A DNA stretch of 64,000 nt from Sphaerodactylus townsendi (taxonomy: Eukaryota): the NCBI RefSeq assembly GCF_021028975.2, contig NC_059435.1:19406001-19470000 (forward strand), given 5' to 3'. The translations under genes and the position numbers were made by a program. Shown here piece after piece: positions 1 to 13,373 of the stretch; position 1 is the stretch's first letter, and each line of letters begins with the position of its first letter. The notes below the pieces were generated by a model. It was not told the DNA's origin and did not search any database. It was given only the letters and a program-made list of their open reading frames with translations.

Positions 1-330
1 GTTTAGTTGGCTCCAGTCTAATTCCAGTCCTAAACCCTCATGGCTATACCTATCAGGTTAACTGTTTAGTGAAACTCATACTGTAAGTGATCTATCTTGC
101 AGGAGTGATGTTCTTAATCGTAATCCCAGGAAGGCTGGAAGCTTGCCCCATGGCTTCTGGCTGTTTGGGTAGACAAAGAAGTGGTGGCAGCTACTGTCAA
201 AGCTGGGGTTTGTGGAGTTAGCTATTTGGCAGTGACACCCTTTAGTTGAAGGGGAGAACTGTGTGTTTATAAATGTTCTAAATAATAAGTACATTTTCTA
301 CGTTAAAAGACAGATAACATTTTGAAGATA

Positions 331-476
331 TTGTCAAAGGCTTTCATGGCCGGAAACACTGGGGTGCTGTGTGGTTTCTGGGCTGTATGGCCATGTTCTA
401 GTAGCATTTTCTCCTGATGTTTTACTTGCATCTGTAACTGGCATCTTCAGAGGATCTTCAGAAGATGCCAGCCACC
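331..476. mobile_element. Penelope-like element terminal fragment with a degenerate hammerhead
   Basis: Starts (ta)ttgtcaaaggctttcatggccgg, the same family as 29866 and 37039. Flanked by a 14-bp TSD acattttgaagata (317-330, 477-490). Confidence 0.8.
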
Positions 477-1904
477 ACATTTTGAAGATAGATGTACAAG
501 CTGAATATGGGAGAACTGTATGATTCTAGTCAGAGTTAGCTAAAACAGAGGTAAGGCCTTGAGAGGAAGGTACTATCATACTGCCTTCTGTGGGTCTAAT
601 ATACAATTAGTCAATTACCTATGTAGGAATGTATGTTTGCTTACATTATGCTCTGCTTATACATTTTTAAGAAAAGCAAATATTACAAAGAACCTGATTC
701 TCTGATGTTCCCTTATATAAAGGAAAGGAAACAGCATTGTCCTTAAGACTTTCATTTGGGGAGGTAGGGAACTGTATCAAAAAACACACTTCAAAAAAAA
801 TGAAATTCTAACAGTAAGAACAAGTAGCAGGACCATAAAAAGGCTCATCAATTACATTAAAAAATATGATTGGATTTTTACAGACTCATTGTAATGCTAA
901 AGCTAAATGGGATTTATTTCCAGGTGAATTCTGTTAGATCTATCATAATTTTACAAGCCATTATCATTTCCACAGGGTTGGACCTAGTATTTTTTCCACA
1001 AGAGAAAGATTTCATACAATTCTATCCTCATGGTAGTTCTTCAAAGATGCTTTCTTATTCATATACATCGTGCAATCTTCAGTATGGTTGGGTGGGGCAG
1101 GGGGAGCAGCTTCTTGTTTCTGTTTTCCAGTCTCTTTCCTTATGTGCTATGCCTCTCTACTGTTGTAGCTAGTGGGATCCAACTCAATGGGCTTTTATGC
1201 ATGCAGCGCTTACCCCGTGGTTTTCAGCTTCACAGTGGGTTTTCCCTCCTTTTTTATTTAAATAGGATTCTTCTGCTGCAAAGTGTCCCCAGCTGAACCT
1301 GAACCCATTCTCCCCATGCAACCCATTCCCCCCATGCAAGATGGGGAAGTTTCACGTATCCTTCACTTTCCCTGCGAAGGAAGAGAAAAAGTTGTGCTTT
1401 CAGAGGTTTTGGAACCATGGGGATTCTTTGGTTCTGAAGGTGGGGTGATTTCAGGAGAGGGAGAAATGTGTATGTTACAGAGACTGCCACCCAAAGGGAA
1501 TATATGCTCAGTGAGGAGGAGACCACAATAGACCTGGTGATTCTGTAAATCCAAATCATAGAAAATCCCCCTGAAAGCCATATCAGCTTTTTTCAGCTGT
1601 TTTTATAGATTGAAAAAAAAAACGGTGATTTGAAAATCTGGGGCTTTTAAAATCTCTCTCCCCTCTGCCACCATTTTCCAAGAACTGGTGGGTTTGAGAG
1701 ATAGTGGAGGGGGGTGGGGCAGAGAGATCTCCATAAGTGAAGTATCGAATGGAGGATCTGTCCCATACTAGAGCTTTTCAAGCCCTGTGGGATTTGAGAA
1801 GCAAGAAGGGGGGTGGGGGAGAGAGTCCAATCATGGTTCCAAAACCCTCTGGGAAAGCAATGCTGGGTGCAGTTCTCCTTCTCTGCCATTTCCTGTTTAG
1901 GGCA

Positions 1905-2033
1905 CCAGGTATCCAGAGCTTCAGGCTCAGATGCTGGACTACAGTTCCCATCATCCCCTACCAGCATCATGCTGGCAGGGGATGATGGAAACTGTAGTCC
2001 ATAACATCTGGAGGGCCACGAGTTTGACACCTG
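1905..2033. mobile_element. Partial palindromic hAT-type MITE
   Basis: Hairpin core ggactacagttcccatcatcccc...ggggatgatggaaactgtagtcc, and a right end gagtttgacacctg. Confidence 0.6.
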
Positions 2034-2915
2034 TGCTCTAGGGGGACAGCACTGAAAAATTTCTGGTTTGGGATTTTTTATCCCGAATATTCTCAGAAAT
2101 ATCTGAATAAAGCCGATGGCTAAATGGTCAAAGTGTTTCTTATTCTCAAGAGCACGTGAAGATCTTTATTTTGTGACTGTCTGAATGAGCTAGAAAAAGC
2201 TGATCAGAATTCTGCATCTTTTCCATTTTTATAGCCAACAATACTTGCATAAGCACCTGTTTGCAAGGTCACTGTAACATTGTAATCTAATAATTTTTTT
2301 AACTGCCATATTAGAACAACAGGTCTGGCCACATTTATCACTTTGGGTTCCAAATTATGCAACCTCATGATCTTTCATATAAGAATGTTTTGTTTCCTTC
2401 TTGGATACGCATACCATTGTTGGAAGCCAAGGGAACTGCCACATGCAAGAATAATTTGTAAAGGGAACTGTGATACAGCCAAATGTTATTTTTAAACGTT
2501 TTGATGAGAACCACTTTGCACCTTTCAGAGTTTAATTGATATTCCTAATCAGCAGGGAAAGATAAGCAGATGTTAAATGCATAGATTTCCAGATGTTGAG
2601 TTCATTTGTAATATAAATTTGGGAAGGGAGAGTATGGACCGATTCTTCCGCAATCCATTGGTGAGAATTTTTCCTCACAAATTTTCTTTTCGCTATAATA
2701 ACACACGAAAACGTTCAAAGAAAGTTCTCACTGACTGCATGCCACCAATGAAGTGGGCTCTACAAAAACAAACATCACAATAGATCTTTTATGCTTAAGA
2801 TGCTATAAGACTCCTTGTGTTTCGTAGTGCTTCCCCTCTGGAATTTGTGGGCAGAAATAATTGCTGCAAATTTCTCAGGCACATGCTCTTCCCTCTCCCA
2901 GACTTTCCAACTCAA

Positions 2916-3890
2916 TTTATTATTTTATTTATTTAAAACATTTATTAGCTGCCTTTCTCCATTGTGGAACTGAAGGCAGCTTACAACATAATTAAGTCAA
3001 ATACAAAAAAATAAAAACAACACAGATAAAACAATATTTATTTTATAAAAGTCACAATTAAAAAACTCCAGTTAAAACAGTCAGTACATAAAAAACCAAA
3101 TCAGTCAGATACAGTCTGAAATAGGACTGTCATCAATTGTCTCTTGAAGATCAACAGGGATCCGTTGTTCCATAATGGTGTTTCATAATTGTAGGACTGC
3201 ATTTGAGGAGGTTGTTCCATAGTTGTGGGGCTGCACTGAAACGGCCCTCTCTTGTCTAAGCACCAGCCAAGTTTCTTTGATTGATAGAAAGTCAGGAGGG
3301 CCTCTCCCTGTGATTTTAATCCCAGGTAGGAATGCATGGGAGAAGACAATGCTTTAGATAAACTGGTCCAAGCTATGTAGGGCTTTAAAGGTCAAACCCA
3401 ACTCTTTGAATTGTCTTGGGAGTAGATTGGTAGCTAGTCTAACTATTGGGTCATATGCTCCCGACTGCTGGGCCTGATCAGCAGTCTAGCCACAAGCGAT
3501 CTGTACTAGCTGCAAGTTCTGAAGACTCTTCAATCTGTACTGGCTGCAATTAGAGCCCTTTGCAATAGTTCTGTCTAGATGTAACTCAGACATGAATCAC
3601 TGTGGCTAGATCTGACTGAAAAGGAATGGGAATAGTTGATGCACCTGCCAAAGCTAGGCAAAAGCATTCCAAGCCACAATAGCCACTTGTTTTTCTAAAG
3701 TGACGACTGTGTCAAACAGCACTACCAAGCTGTGAGCCTGGCTTTACAAGCAGATTATAACGTCATCCAAGACAGGAGAGGTGCCGAGGGCCTGGTCTGC
3801 CTTTCTGCTAACACAGAGAACTTCTTTCTTGCCAGAGCTGACTTTCAGTTTGTTCACCCTTATCCAGTCTATCACTGACTCGCAGGCCTA
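2916..3890 (-). mobile_element. Decayed L2 LINE 3' fragment
   Basis: Has a (ttta)n tail plus gctgcctttctcc, and L2 ORF2-like stretches such as gggctttaaaggtcaaacc and ctagatgtaac. Confidence 0.65.
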
Positions 3891-4089
3891 CTACTCATTC
3901 ACCTTTATTTATTTCAACAGTGTTGAAATCAAGCAAATACACTCATGCTGGAAACCACACATATGCTACCTGCTGTGCAGAACTATACAAACTCTGTTTT
4001 TTTAACAAAGAAGGGGAAGCAGTTTTTTTTAAGGAAACACAAGACAGCTCATTTATCTATTATATTTGTATATGGCTCCCCCACCCCAC

Positions 4090-4218
4090 CCCCAATCTGG
4101 ATAGCCCAGCCTAGCTTGATCTCATCAGATCTCAGATGCTAAACAGGATCAACCCTAGCTAATATTTGGATGGGAGACCTCCAAGTAATACCAGGGTCAT
4201 GACATGGAGAGAGGGCAT
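4090..4218 (+). mobile_element. 5S rRNA-derived SINE, partial
   Basis: gatctcatcagatctcagatgctaaacagg...atttggatgggagacc resembles the 5S rRNA internal region; same family as 21787 and 40715. Confidence 0.65.
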
Positions 4219-4349
4219 TGACCAGACATGCAGCTAGACCAGACAAATTTGGTGAAATGTCACCTTTCTCCCTGCTCCCCAACCCCCATGGGCCTGCAAA
4301 TGGGTCCAAGGTACGTCTCAGGCCCCTGAGCTTCTGCTGGTGGAATAAA

Positions 4350-4490
4350 GGCCCCTTCCACACACGCAAAATAATGCGTTTTCAAACCACTTTCACAACT
4401 GTTTGCAAGTGGATTTTGCTATTCCGCACAGCTTCAAAGAGCACTGAAAACAGTTTGAAAGTGCATTATTCTGCATGTGCGGAATGAGCC
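4350..4490. mobile_element. PIF/Harbinger-like MITE
   Basis: TIRs ggccccttccacac / gtgcggaatgagcc. A near-identical inverted copy lies at 43822-43962. Confidence 0.7.
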
Positions 4491-5518
4491 ATAGTTTTTG
4501 TTGGAGGAGGAGGGAAGGCTGATTTTTGCTGATTCCTTTCTCCCAGTGTAGACTCCCCCTGTGCAACAGCAATCTTCCTAAATGTCCCATGACTTCCATG
4601 AGGTGGCCTCAGTCAACTGCAGTAGGAATGGGTAGGTGGGGAGGTACCACTCTGCCATCTTTGCTTTACACATTAGTGGTTCTACTTTGGATCCAGCACA
4701 GTGTGACTCTACCAATGGTGACACTCTTTGGAGTACATCTGAGCACTGGAGAAGATGCTTTTTGAGCACTGTTCCCTCACTGGCCTGAAAGAATTTCTGA
4801 GGTAAAGAACGATGAGTCTTTGCTTTAAGCCATTCGTGTTTGGAATACCAAGCTGAAAAGATGCAGATGTTGAGTTATGATATCAAATATTTTTTCTATT
4901 AACTGTAAATTTCTCTCTGTGTGTGTGAGTGAGTGAGTGAGAGAGAGAGAGGGGGGCGGGGGAAGACTGCCTTAAAAATCAAGATTTTTTTTAATGAAGA
5001 AATGTTCACTAGATAGAGCCAGTGGTGTTTGTATTGCTATGCTGCGTGTACACAGAAACAAATTAGCACAACGAACAAAGCATCTGTGACATATGGCTAG
5101 ATATCAAGAAGACACCTCAATAATTTCTAAAGGATAGAAGACTGGAAAGACAAATCTTTGGTGAGTCATAGCAGTGGATATATTAAGACCTTGATGCTAA
5201 AAAAGGTAAACACATTTTACATTGTCTAATTGCCATTTCAAAAAATATGGAACATTATATAAAGGATGGGAAAGGCCTAACCATATATCATTATGTTTAA
5301 GGAAGGGAATAAAATTATAATGAATGAGCTCATATTTCATCTGAGTCTCAACATTCAACATTCATATTATTCATGTTTAGCAGACATGTATCTTATACAT
5401 ATTCTAATATCACAACAATGTAATGCTAGTAGGATAAAGCCAGGCTAGAGAATGCAACAGCATGACCCCAACCATAATTGCTACAGCATTAAGAAAGACC
5501 CTAGTGCTGGGTCTAGTG

Positions 5519-5675
5519 CAGGGGTCTGCAACCTGTGGCTCTCCAGATGTTCGTGGACTACAAATCCCATCAGCCCCTGCCAGCATGGCCAATTGATGGG
5601 ATTGATGGGATTTGACGGGGTTGATGGGATTTGCAGTCCATGAACATCTGGAGAGCCACAGGTTGCAGACCCCTG
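5519..5675. mobile_element. Palindromic hAT MITE
   Basis: caggggtctgcaacc...ggttgcagacccctg, with an internal hairpin. Confidence 0.8.
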
Positions 5676-6803
5676 GCTAGTGCTTTAGAAATCATTCAGA
5701 CAACCACGTTTATTCTTCACTGTGGATGCACAGGGTTGGATCCAAGCTAAATGTTACATCAGCAAAACAGAAGTTCCCTTCCTCCTTCCCCACTACTATG
5801 CAAAGATTTCTTCACAATGCTGCTCCTGGGAAAACAGGAATCTGAAAAATGACATGGAAGGTCTGCAGCAGAGCAAAATATCTGTTTAGTCTGGATCCAA
5901 TCTAGTCCCTAGAGAGCACAGATCTATTGTCTGCTACAGTGACTACTTGTTCAGCTGGGATACTGGGATGGGGATTTAAAACATAGGGGTGAGGCCACAG
6001 ATCAGAGGTCTGCTTGGAATGAAGAAGGTACCATGCTCAGAACCCAGAATCTCCACTAAAAAGAGTAGATGAAGACCTCTTCCTGAGACCCTGGAGAACC
6101 ACTGCCAGACTCACCTTGGTGGACAGATGATCTGATTCAGTACATGGCAGGTGTACGGGTACATGTATACAGCAGGGAGCAGAGCCACATTTTCTAGGAC
6201 ACAGCAATAGATACCCAAGGTGCCAGTCACTCCTTGCATTTGTATAGCTCTTACCAGCACCTGTGGAAGGGTCTCTGCAAGAGATTGGAGTGCTGGGACA
6301 TGGGAGGTGCAGCATCGTGGGTGCCATGACATCACATCTGTGGAAACATGGCAGAGATACCTGGCAGCTCGAGGAATTGCCAGAAACTCCTTGGTAAAAC
6401 AATAGAGTTTCCAGTGATTCCTAGAGCTACCCAACATAATTCTAAGATATTCCTGGAAATGGTATCACAGCACACACAATGCCATTTTTTTTTTAAAAAA
6501 AAGCTCCTGCTGCTGCTCCAAGCAGTTGTGGGTAATGAGCCCTGCTGGCCGGAGGCCTGGCAGACCAAGTGAACACAACCATCCTGACAGAAAAGTTTAA
6601 GAGAGTGAACACTGAAGAAAGGAACTGGAGATTTTTGAGGAAAATACTTATTACTTTGTTTTGGGTGTTGAACTTGCAAAGAGCATCCATATCGCTGTCC
6701 TCTAAAAGCTTGCTGTACTAACTGAGTCCTAGTTTAATGTGATAGATTTCCTTTACAATGATTAAACAACCAATGTGGTGTAATGGCTAGAAGGCTGGAC
6801 TAG

Positions 6804-7083
6804 GGGCGTTTCCCCACTTGCCACACCCCCCTATGCTGCGCGCTTCTCTCAGCACGCGTCATTTCTGGTGCGCGCCCAGGCTTCCCCACGACCCCACGCT
6901 CTGCGCGGGGTCATCAAAAGACGCCGTTTGGAAGAGCGCCAGGAATGACGCGTGCTGAGGGGGTGCGACAGCGGCAGCGTCGGGCCGGCTGCGTTGTCAT
7001 CGCCCCTGTAGTGGGGAGTGCCGGGGGACCCCGCGCTACTTGCCTACAGTAGCGCGCAGCTACTGGTAAGTGGGAAAACGCCC
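6804..7083. mobile_element. PIF/Harbinger-like MITE inserted in an old tRNA-SINE
   Basis: TIR gggcgtttccccactt / aagtgggaaaacgccc with 3-bp TSD tag. Related copies at 57051, 61474 and 63778. Confidence 0.75.
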
Positions 7084-8126
7084 TAGGATCCAGGAAACTC
7101 CATTCTGCCATTCACTAAGAGACGTGCCTAACCTACTTCATACGGGTTGGTCTGAGGATAAAGTGAAGGAAAGTTTTAACTATAAACTGTGCCCTGAACT
7201 TGTTGGAGGGAAGATTCGATTTTTTTTTTAATGATAATCTTTGCAGTCCAAATATTCCTGCTTTTCAACATATGTGTGTATAATGTTCATGGGATAAATG
7301 ATTATGGCAAATTGTCTGGTAAATCAGATTTGTAGTATTTTACAAACAAGTCAAGAATACATTTCTGCCATTCTTGCTCTGAGGCTACAGTCCTATAAAA
7401 TAATGTTCTTATTTAGGAAATGGAGCTATCCTTTACAAATAAGTCATGCCATCTGTCTTCGGGCTGGATACTCTTTTTAAAAACTATGTGCTCACCATTT
7501 ACATGATGGATAGATTTTATTAAAAAGGAATTTAGTGATTTATAGAAAACTGCTGTTATAAAGCTTTTGCAATTTATTATTAACAGAATATAGACCTTAT
7601 TTGAAGAACTGTATTTTATTTCTCTTTTATCTCCCAATTCCTTTAAAGCCTTTTAATGGGCACATGTGAGGAATGGAAAACCAGCATCAACTACAGTGCC
7701 AACATAAAACTAGGCAAGTGATGGGGTAAAGTTGTGGAAGTATTTAATCCTAGTGTTGGGAGTTTCTGGGAAATATGCCAGCCTTACAGTGACGTATGAC
7801 ATTTGGGAGAAAATACACTTCCTCAGATTCAAAGTAGCCAAAACAAACTTTCTATAAAATTATGGAGAGAGTTGAACCAGAGGTGTTTTTTTTTTAGCTC
7901 CCAAAGAAGGAAGCCAAAGGGAGTACAGTTTCATTAGTTTCAGTGGAAATCAAGCCTGAGTATTGATCCATTTGCTAAGGTTCTATTTCCCAGACTCAAA
8001 CTCAGAGCCCTGGGTCAAGAGTTCCAAGTTCATGTCGTAGAGCTGTCTCCATGCAAAGGCAGCTGCCAGGATACACAAAAACAAAAAGAGGGGAAAGTGT
8101 AGACATAAAACAACCAATTGCTGTCC

Positions 8127-8740
8127 AAGGGTGGATCACTTCTTGTGCGAAGCCCCTCTATAATGACACACATCACACCATTGCTGGGGTAATAAATTGG
8201 CCATAGCCATTTTATTGAGCAGAAGCGTGAGGCTAAGCATGGGTCTGGATCTGGTCATGCGGGTACGTGCTACAGCTCAGCAGGGCGGGTGCCCTGTCCC
8301 GAGCTTCGATTTACTGTGGGGCTCTGCCGGGCGGTCGCTCCTGGCCAGAGATGTTCCCCCTTTCGGCCCGGTTCGACAGGGTGGTCGCCTCTTGTCGTTG
8401 TTGCCGTTCCCAAGGGGAAGGCGCGGCTCCATAGCCCCCTTCCCCTTCCAGATCAATACCCATGCGCCAAACCACCGTGAACTAGGCTATGACATAACAG
8501 CATGCATTTAACATATAAAAGTAGGGTGAGGTGGGTGGGCAAATCGTCGGCCGGCGAGCACATGGCCTGAACAAAGGAGGGCAAGCCCCTTTAAAGCCTC
8601 GGCTCACTCCTCCTTTCTTCCGGTGATGCAGCCCCTTCCCACAGTGGCTCCCTTTCCAGTTCCACCCTTATCTGGGCAGTGTCAGCTGGGCTCGCTCTAA
8701 CCCCCACCCCGATCAGCAACTCCGCCTCGTGGTAATTCAC
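8127..8740 (-). mobile_element. GC-rich LTR-like or Ngaro-type terminal repeat
   Basis: CpG-rich island in AT-rich intron, with a TATA-like tttaaag and a minus-strand AATAAA near its 3' end. No TSD confirmed. Confidence 0.35.
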
Positions 8741-9288
8741 ATGAGCCTTTTAACAATGTAATAAATGAAAATTAATGAATAAGTGAACAAAAACTTTTCT
8801 CCACTGGCTCAATGGTACAGTCATATGCAAAATGAAGTCTGAAATTCTAAATCATTTAACCTCTTCTTGGCACCTTCCCTCAACTTTTTAAAAAACATGG
8901 CATTTTAAGAAAAAGTTTCCTTTTACAAATATATCACTTGCAGACAATTTGGTATTGAATCAGAGGTGGTAAAATGCTGCCTTGAAATGGTTGACAATAA
9001 ATTCTCTAAAATTTCAAGAACTGTTATATAAAAATATGTATTTGTATATATCCAAATTGGGCAGTTCTTTTTGCTATCTACTTTTTCAAGTGCACAGCAC
9101 TATAAAAAGGTGCTTCCTTATTCCTACAGTGACATCCAAAACACAGCTGCTACAGTAAGCCAAGTGAAATCAATCGGCTTACAAAGGCCTAACTTTGTTC
9201 AGGATTGCGCTGCTAATTACAGTAATGCCCCCCCCCCCATTTATTACCACAGCTTTGAGTTATGACAAGCTGTACCTGCCACAATAAT

Positions 9289-9511
9289 CATAAGAACATA
9301 AGATCAAGCCTGCTGGATCAGAGCAGAGTCCATCTAGTCCAACACTCTGCTACTCGCAGTGGCCCACCAGGTGCCTTTGGGAGCTCACATGCAGGATGTG
9401 AAAGCAATGGCCTTCTGCTGCCACTGCTGCTCCTGAGCACCTGGTCTGCTAAGGCATTTGCAATCTGAGATCAAGGAGGATTAAGATTGGTAGCCATAGA
9501 TCGACTTCTCT
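9289..9511 (-). mobile_element. CR1 LINE 3' UTR fragment
   Basis: (taagaaca)n tail; near-identical to 19228-19450. Confidence 0.85.
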
Positions 9512-10566
9512 GCCCTGCAACTTATAAAAGACAAAAGATCAATCAGGAAAGGAATCCTCCTTTGGACACTGTATTTACAGCCTTTAGTCAACAGCTTCTC
9601 TGACACATTTCCTTTCAAAACTTATTTCATAATTGCAGCACTTCAAAACATATTTTATTTCATTTTAATCCTGACCTTCCTCCAAGGCAAGGATCATCAT
9701 TAAAGAGTCAAACAACATCAAATTTCAAAACAAAGAACGAAGTATAAGTTCGTTTGCGTAACTGAAAATATACATCTTAACATTACTGAAAATGGACATG
9801 TTCATTATTTACCTATTTTATTTACTCCATTTATGCTTCACTTTTCTCCCCAATGAGGACCTAAGGTTGCTTAGAACATTCTTCCCTCCTCCATTTTAAC
9901 CTGACAATGACCCTGTGAGGTATGTTATTCCTGAAGCATGTCACCAGCCCAAGGTAACCCAGTAAGTTTCTGTGGTAGATCTATTATGCACTTGTGGTCT
10001 GCCCTGCAGTGAACACATATTCCCTTCAGGGAAGATTCTTGGTTGCAAACAATTTTTCCCCTTTCGGAATTCACTGTGAGGCAGATCAAAGAAACCTTGC
10101 AGCTTCCAAAATCTCTTTCCGTACAATTTTGCCGTTCTCTTTTCTGAAAAAGTATCTGTTGTGTGAGCTCAGCCCACTGCGGCTTTAATCGGTTCTCCCA
10201 CCTTCTTCTGCTTATCAAACAGAAGTTCCTCCCACACTCAGTAAGCACAGCAGCCCAAGGAGTGTTATTAAAAAAGAGGGAAAAAAGCAGCAGGCAGAAG
10301 GACAAGTGGTGGGTAAAGAAATGGTGGTTGGCTTGGCTGGGTTAGGAGAACCCCTGGTTAGTACTGAAAACCAAAGGGGAAACCCACTGCAAAGAAAAGA
10401 GCCACGGGGTAAGCCCTGCATGCATCATAGGCCATAAAGTCAGGGTTCAAACCTGAGATGCCCAGATTTTAGTCCAACACACTAACCACTACACCACTGG
10501 CTCTCCATCAAAGGACATTCTATAGTGGAGGTTTAAGTTGGCTTCACTGTCAATCCCACTCTCTAA

Positions 10567-10706
10567 GGCTGATTCCGCATGGGTCAAAAACAGCAGTGTG
10601 AAAATGGTGTGAAAACAATATAAACCCTTTTACACCGTTTTAAACCCTTTTACACCATTTTCACACTGTTTTCACACTGCTGTTTTTGGCCCATGCAGAA
10701 TCAGCC
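10567..10706. mobile_element. PIF/Harbinger-like palindromic MITE
   Basis: ggctgattccgcatggg...cccatgcagaatcagcc, with internal (ttttacacc)-like subrepeats. Confidence 0.7.
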
Positions 10707-11752
10707 ATAGTAATTCTGGAAACTACAACTCTGAAAGGAGGATTAAGAATTTCCAACAGAGATATTTCTCAGCATGCTAATCAAGGTAACATTCCTGGAA
10801 AAATGATACAATATATAATGATATAAATATAAAATGATATACTATATAATGATATAAATGATATAAACTGGCTCAAAACTGATATATTTGTAGCCTCGTT
10901 TGAAAAACCATATATGCTCCTATGGATATGCTATATATAGCTACAGAACCTTCTCTAAAATGCACGTATGTACAATCAACAGCTATATTTGGATTTTCTC
11001 CAGTGAATCATCATTCAATTTTAAGATTCATGCATTAGAAATAAGGTTCATAAATTACTGTATTAATACTAGTGAAGTATTTTGAAACATATGACTAGCA
11101 GATAACACAATTTCAGGACAACTCTGATAATAAAAGGGAAAAAAGGCATAACATTTCTCACTTTACACAATTTTTCTGAACACCTTTCACATAAAGACAT
11201 CTGCTAAAGCAATTACTGTTTCTAGTTACACCCTTTAGTTAGAGCTGTTGAAGGCCATAGTTTGTCAGCATGATATATCAAATTCTAAACTTTTCTGAAA
11301 ATGCCACAAACATGACTAAAAAACACACACCTCACCATCCAATTTAAACTGTACACCTGCTTTCACCCTATGACATATCATAGGGTGTCAAGCATTATGC
11401 TGACCATTAGTTTGAATCACATCTAGATATGAATAGAATGTTTTCAAACTTGGCTTAAGCTGGGTTTTCAACTTCCTAAATTCATTAAAACAATAACATC
11501 TGAAGATCTGTAAGAAGTTTCATTTGTTCCACAAAACCATCTTAAATGTCTTTGCACAAAATCAAAATTACAGGTTGGATCCAACCAGTTTTTCTGTTGG
11601 TGGAAGAGGGAGTTCCCTTTGACTATCAAAATGGATATTCTGGGGATCTTATATGTAATGGGAGGAGGTATAGTAAAGAGGAGAATTAGGTGGTATTGAG
11701 TGAGGAATCTGGCTTCCAGAATAACCCACACTAGAATAACATGCTTCTAGAA

Positions 11753-11885
11753 CAGGGGTCTGCAACCTGCGGCTCTCCAGATGTTCATGGACTACAAATT
11801 CCATCGGCCAATTGGCCATGCTGGCAGGGGCTGATGGGGATTGTAGTCCATGAACATCCGGAGAGCCGCAGGTTGCAGACCCCTG
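11753..11885. mobile_element. Palindromic hAT MITE
   Basis: TIR caggggtctgcaacc and a perfect 8-bp TSD ttctagaa (11745-11752, 11886-11893). Confidence 0.9.
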
Positions 11886-12329
11886 TTCTAGAATAACCCA
11901 CACTGAAGGTTCTGCTACTTTCTCCCTCCCATTTCAGTTCGAGGTGATATGATTTCTGTGGCATACATGTCGTGATCAAACATGAGATGATCAAAGCATC
12001 TGTTTGCTTCAACACAAAATGAGTTGAAAGGCTGCTGAAAAAGTTTGCATCAGGTTTGTACAAAACTGAGCCTATGTGAAAATACATGGATCCAAACAGA
12101 GCAGCAGCAATTAACAATAGGGGTATGCTCAAAAAAAGGGTAAAATTTAGATTTAAGTTTAATGGACCAGAAATTTTTCAGGAAGCCTAGATATTTCTGA
12201 ACCTCCCCTATCAGAAATATCCATTATTCCACACACAAAAATTGGGTCCATTAGAGGTGAATCCAAATTTTAGCCTCCCCCATCTCCCCGTCCCCTCACT
12301 TACCTCGAGTCCAGAAGTTCAGCACGGCA

Positions 12330-12750
12330 GAGGTCATCCTGAGTCCCATGTGGAGCCAGGAGGTGACGGTGGCAATGAGGGCCAGCACAGGGCTGCACAC
12401 AGTCTAGCCTGCAGCTTTGCACCAACCACCACCTCCAAACCCCACGTGGAGCCAGGAGGCTGCAGAGGAGGCCAGCACAAGGCCACAGACCAAGCCCAGC
12501 TTGCAGCTCTATCCTGAGTACCATTTACAAGCCCCACACGGAGCCAGAGGCAATGGCCAGCACAGGACTGCAGATGAAGCCCAGCTTGCAGTTCTACGCC
12601 AACCATCACCTCCGAGTCCCATGTGAAATAGGGAGGTGGCAGGGTGGCCAACACAGGTCTGCAGGCTCTGAATGCCATCTGGAGCCTGGAGGCAGGAGCA
12701 GTGGTTAGTGCAAGGCTGCATGTCAAGCCCAGCTTGCAAGTCACCACCAC
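12330..12750. repeat. Degenerate GC-rich tandem array of about 5 units of ~80-90 bp
   Basis: Recurring motif cccacgtggagccagga...ggccagcaca...gcccagcttgca. Confidence 0.6.
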
Positions 12751-12989
12751 AATATATTCGTAGGAATATTGGCTGCATTGAAAACACAGGAATTTCCTGA
12801 GAACAGGTTAGGTGGCAATAAGTAAGCATCATGTAGATCCATCACGCCAAGCCATGTGTTAGGAACCAATCACCTGTCAGGATAATGTATGAAATCTGTG
12901 GACCTTCAAATAGTAATTTCAGTTGCAAAGATAAACAATGTTTGACTGACCAAAAAGTATCAGGAAAACAGTCCCCTATGGGCATGCTG

Positions 12990-13311
12990 AGATGTGACTT
13001 TAACCACCACCCCTTTACATAAAAGCTCCTCCAATTCCTCCAGTAGCAGCAGTACTTAATTGAGCAGAAATAAATTGAGACTCCGAATGAGATGGGATAG
13101 ATTCAAGTTCCAGCAAATAACCCAACTTTATTATTGAGAGGACCCAGAAGTAATATTCTGCCATACAGGAAAAACTGGAATAAAGTGCCAAATTGGGCAC
13201 CGCTAATCACGCTGGGCATTTCTGGACTGGGAAGATGAAGGGGACCAGCTCTGTCATTTGTTTTTTTAGAGCAAACCCCCTGCCCCCTCTAGGTTGATTA
13301 AAAGAGGGTTT

Positions 13312-13373
<62 letters not shown>

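Noticed and set aside
2735-2825. Possible additional Neptune-type Penelope end (also ~49487-49512)
   Set aside because: Too degenerate; no hammerhead core can be reconstructed.
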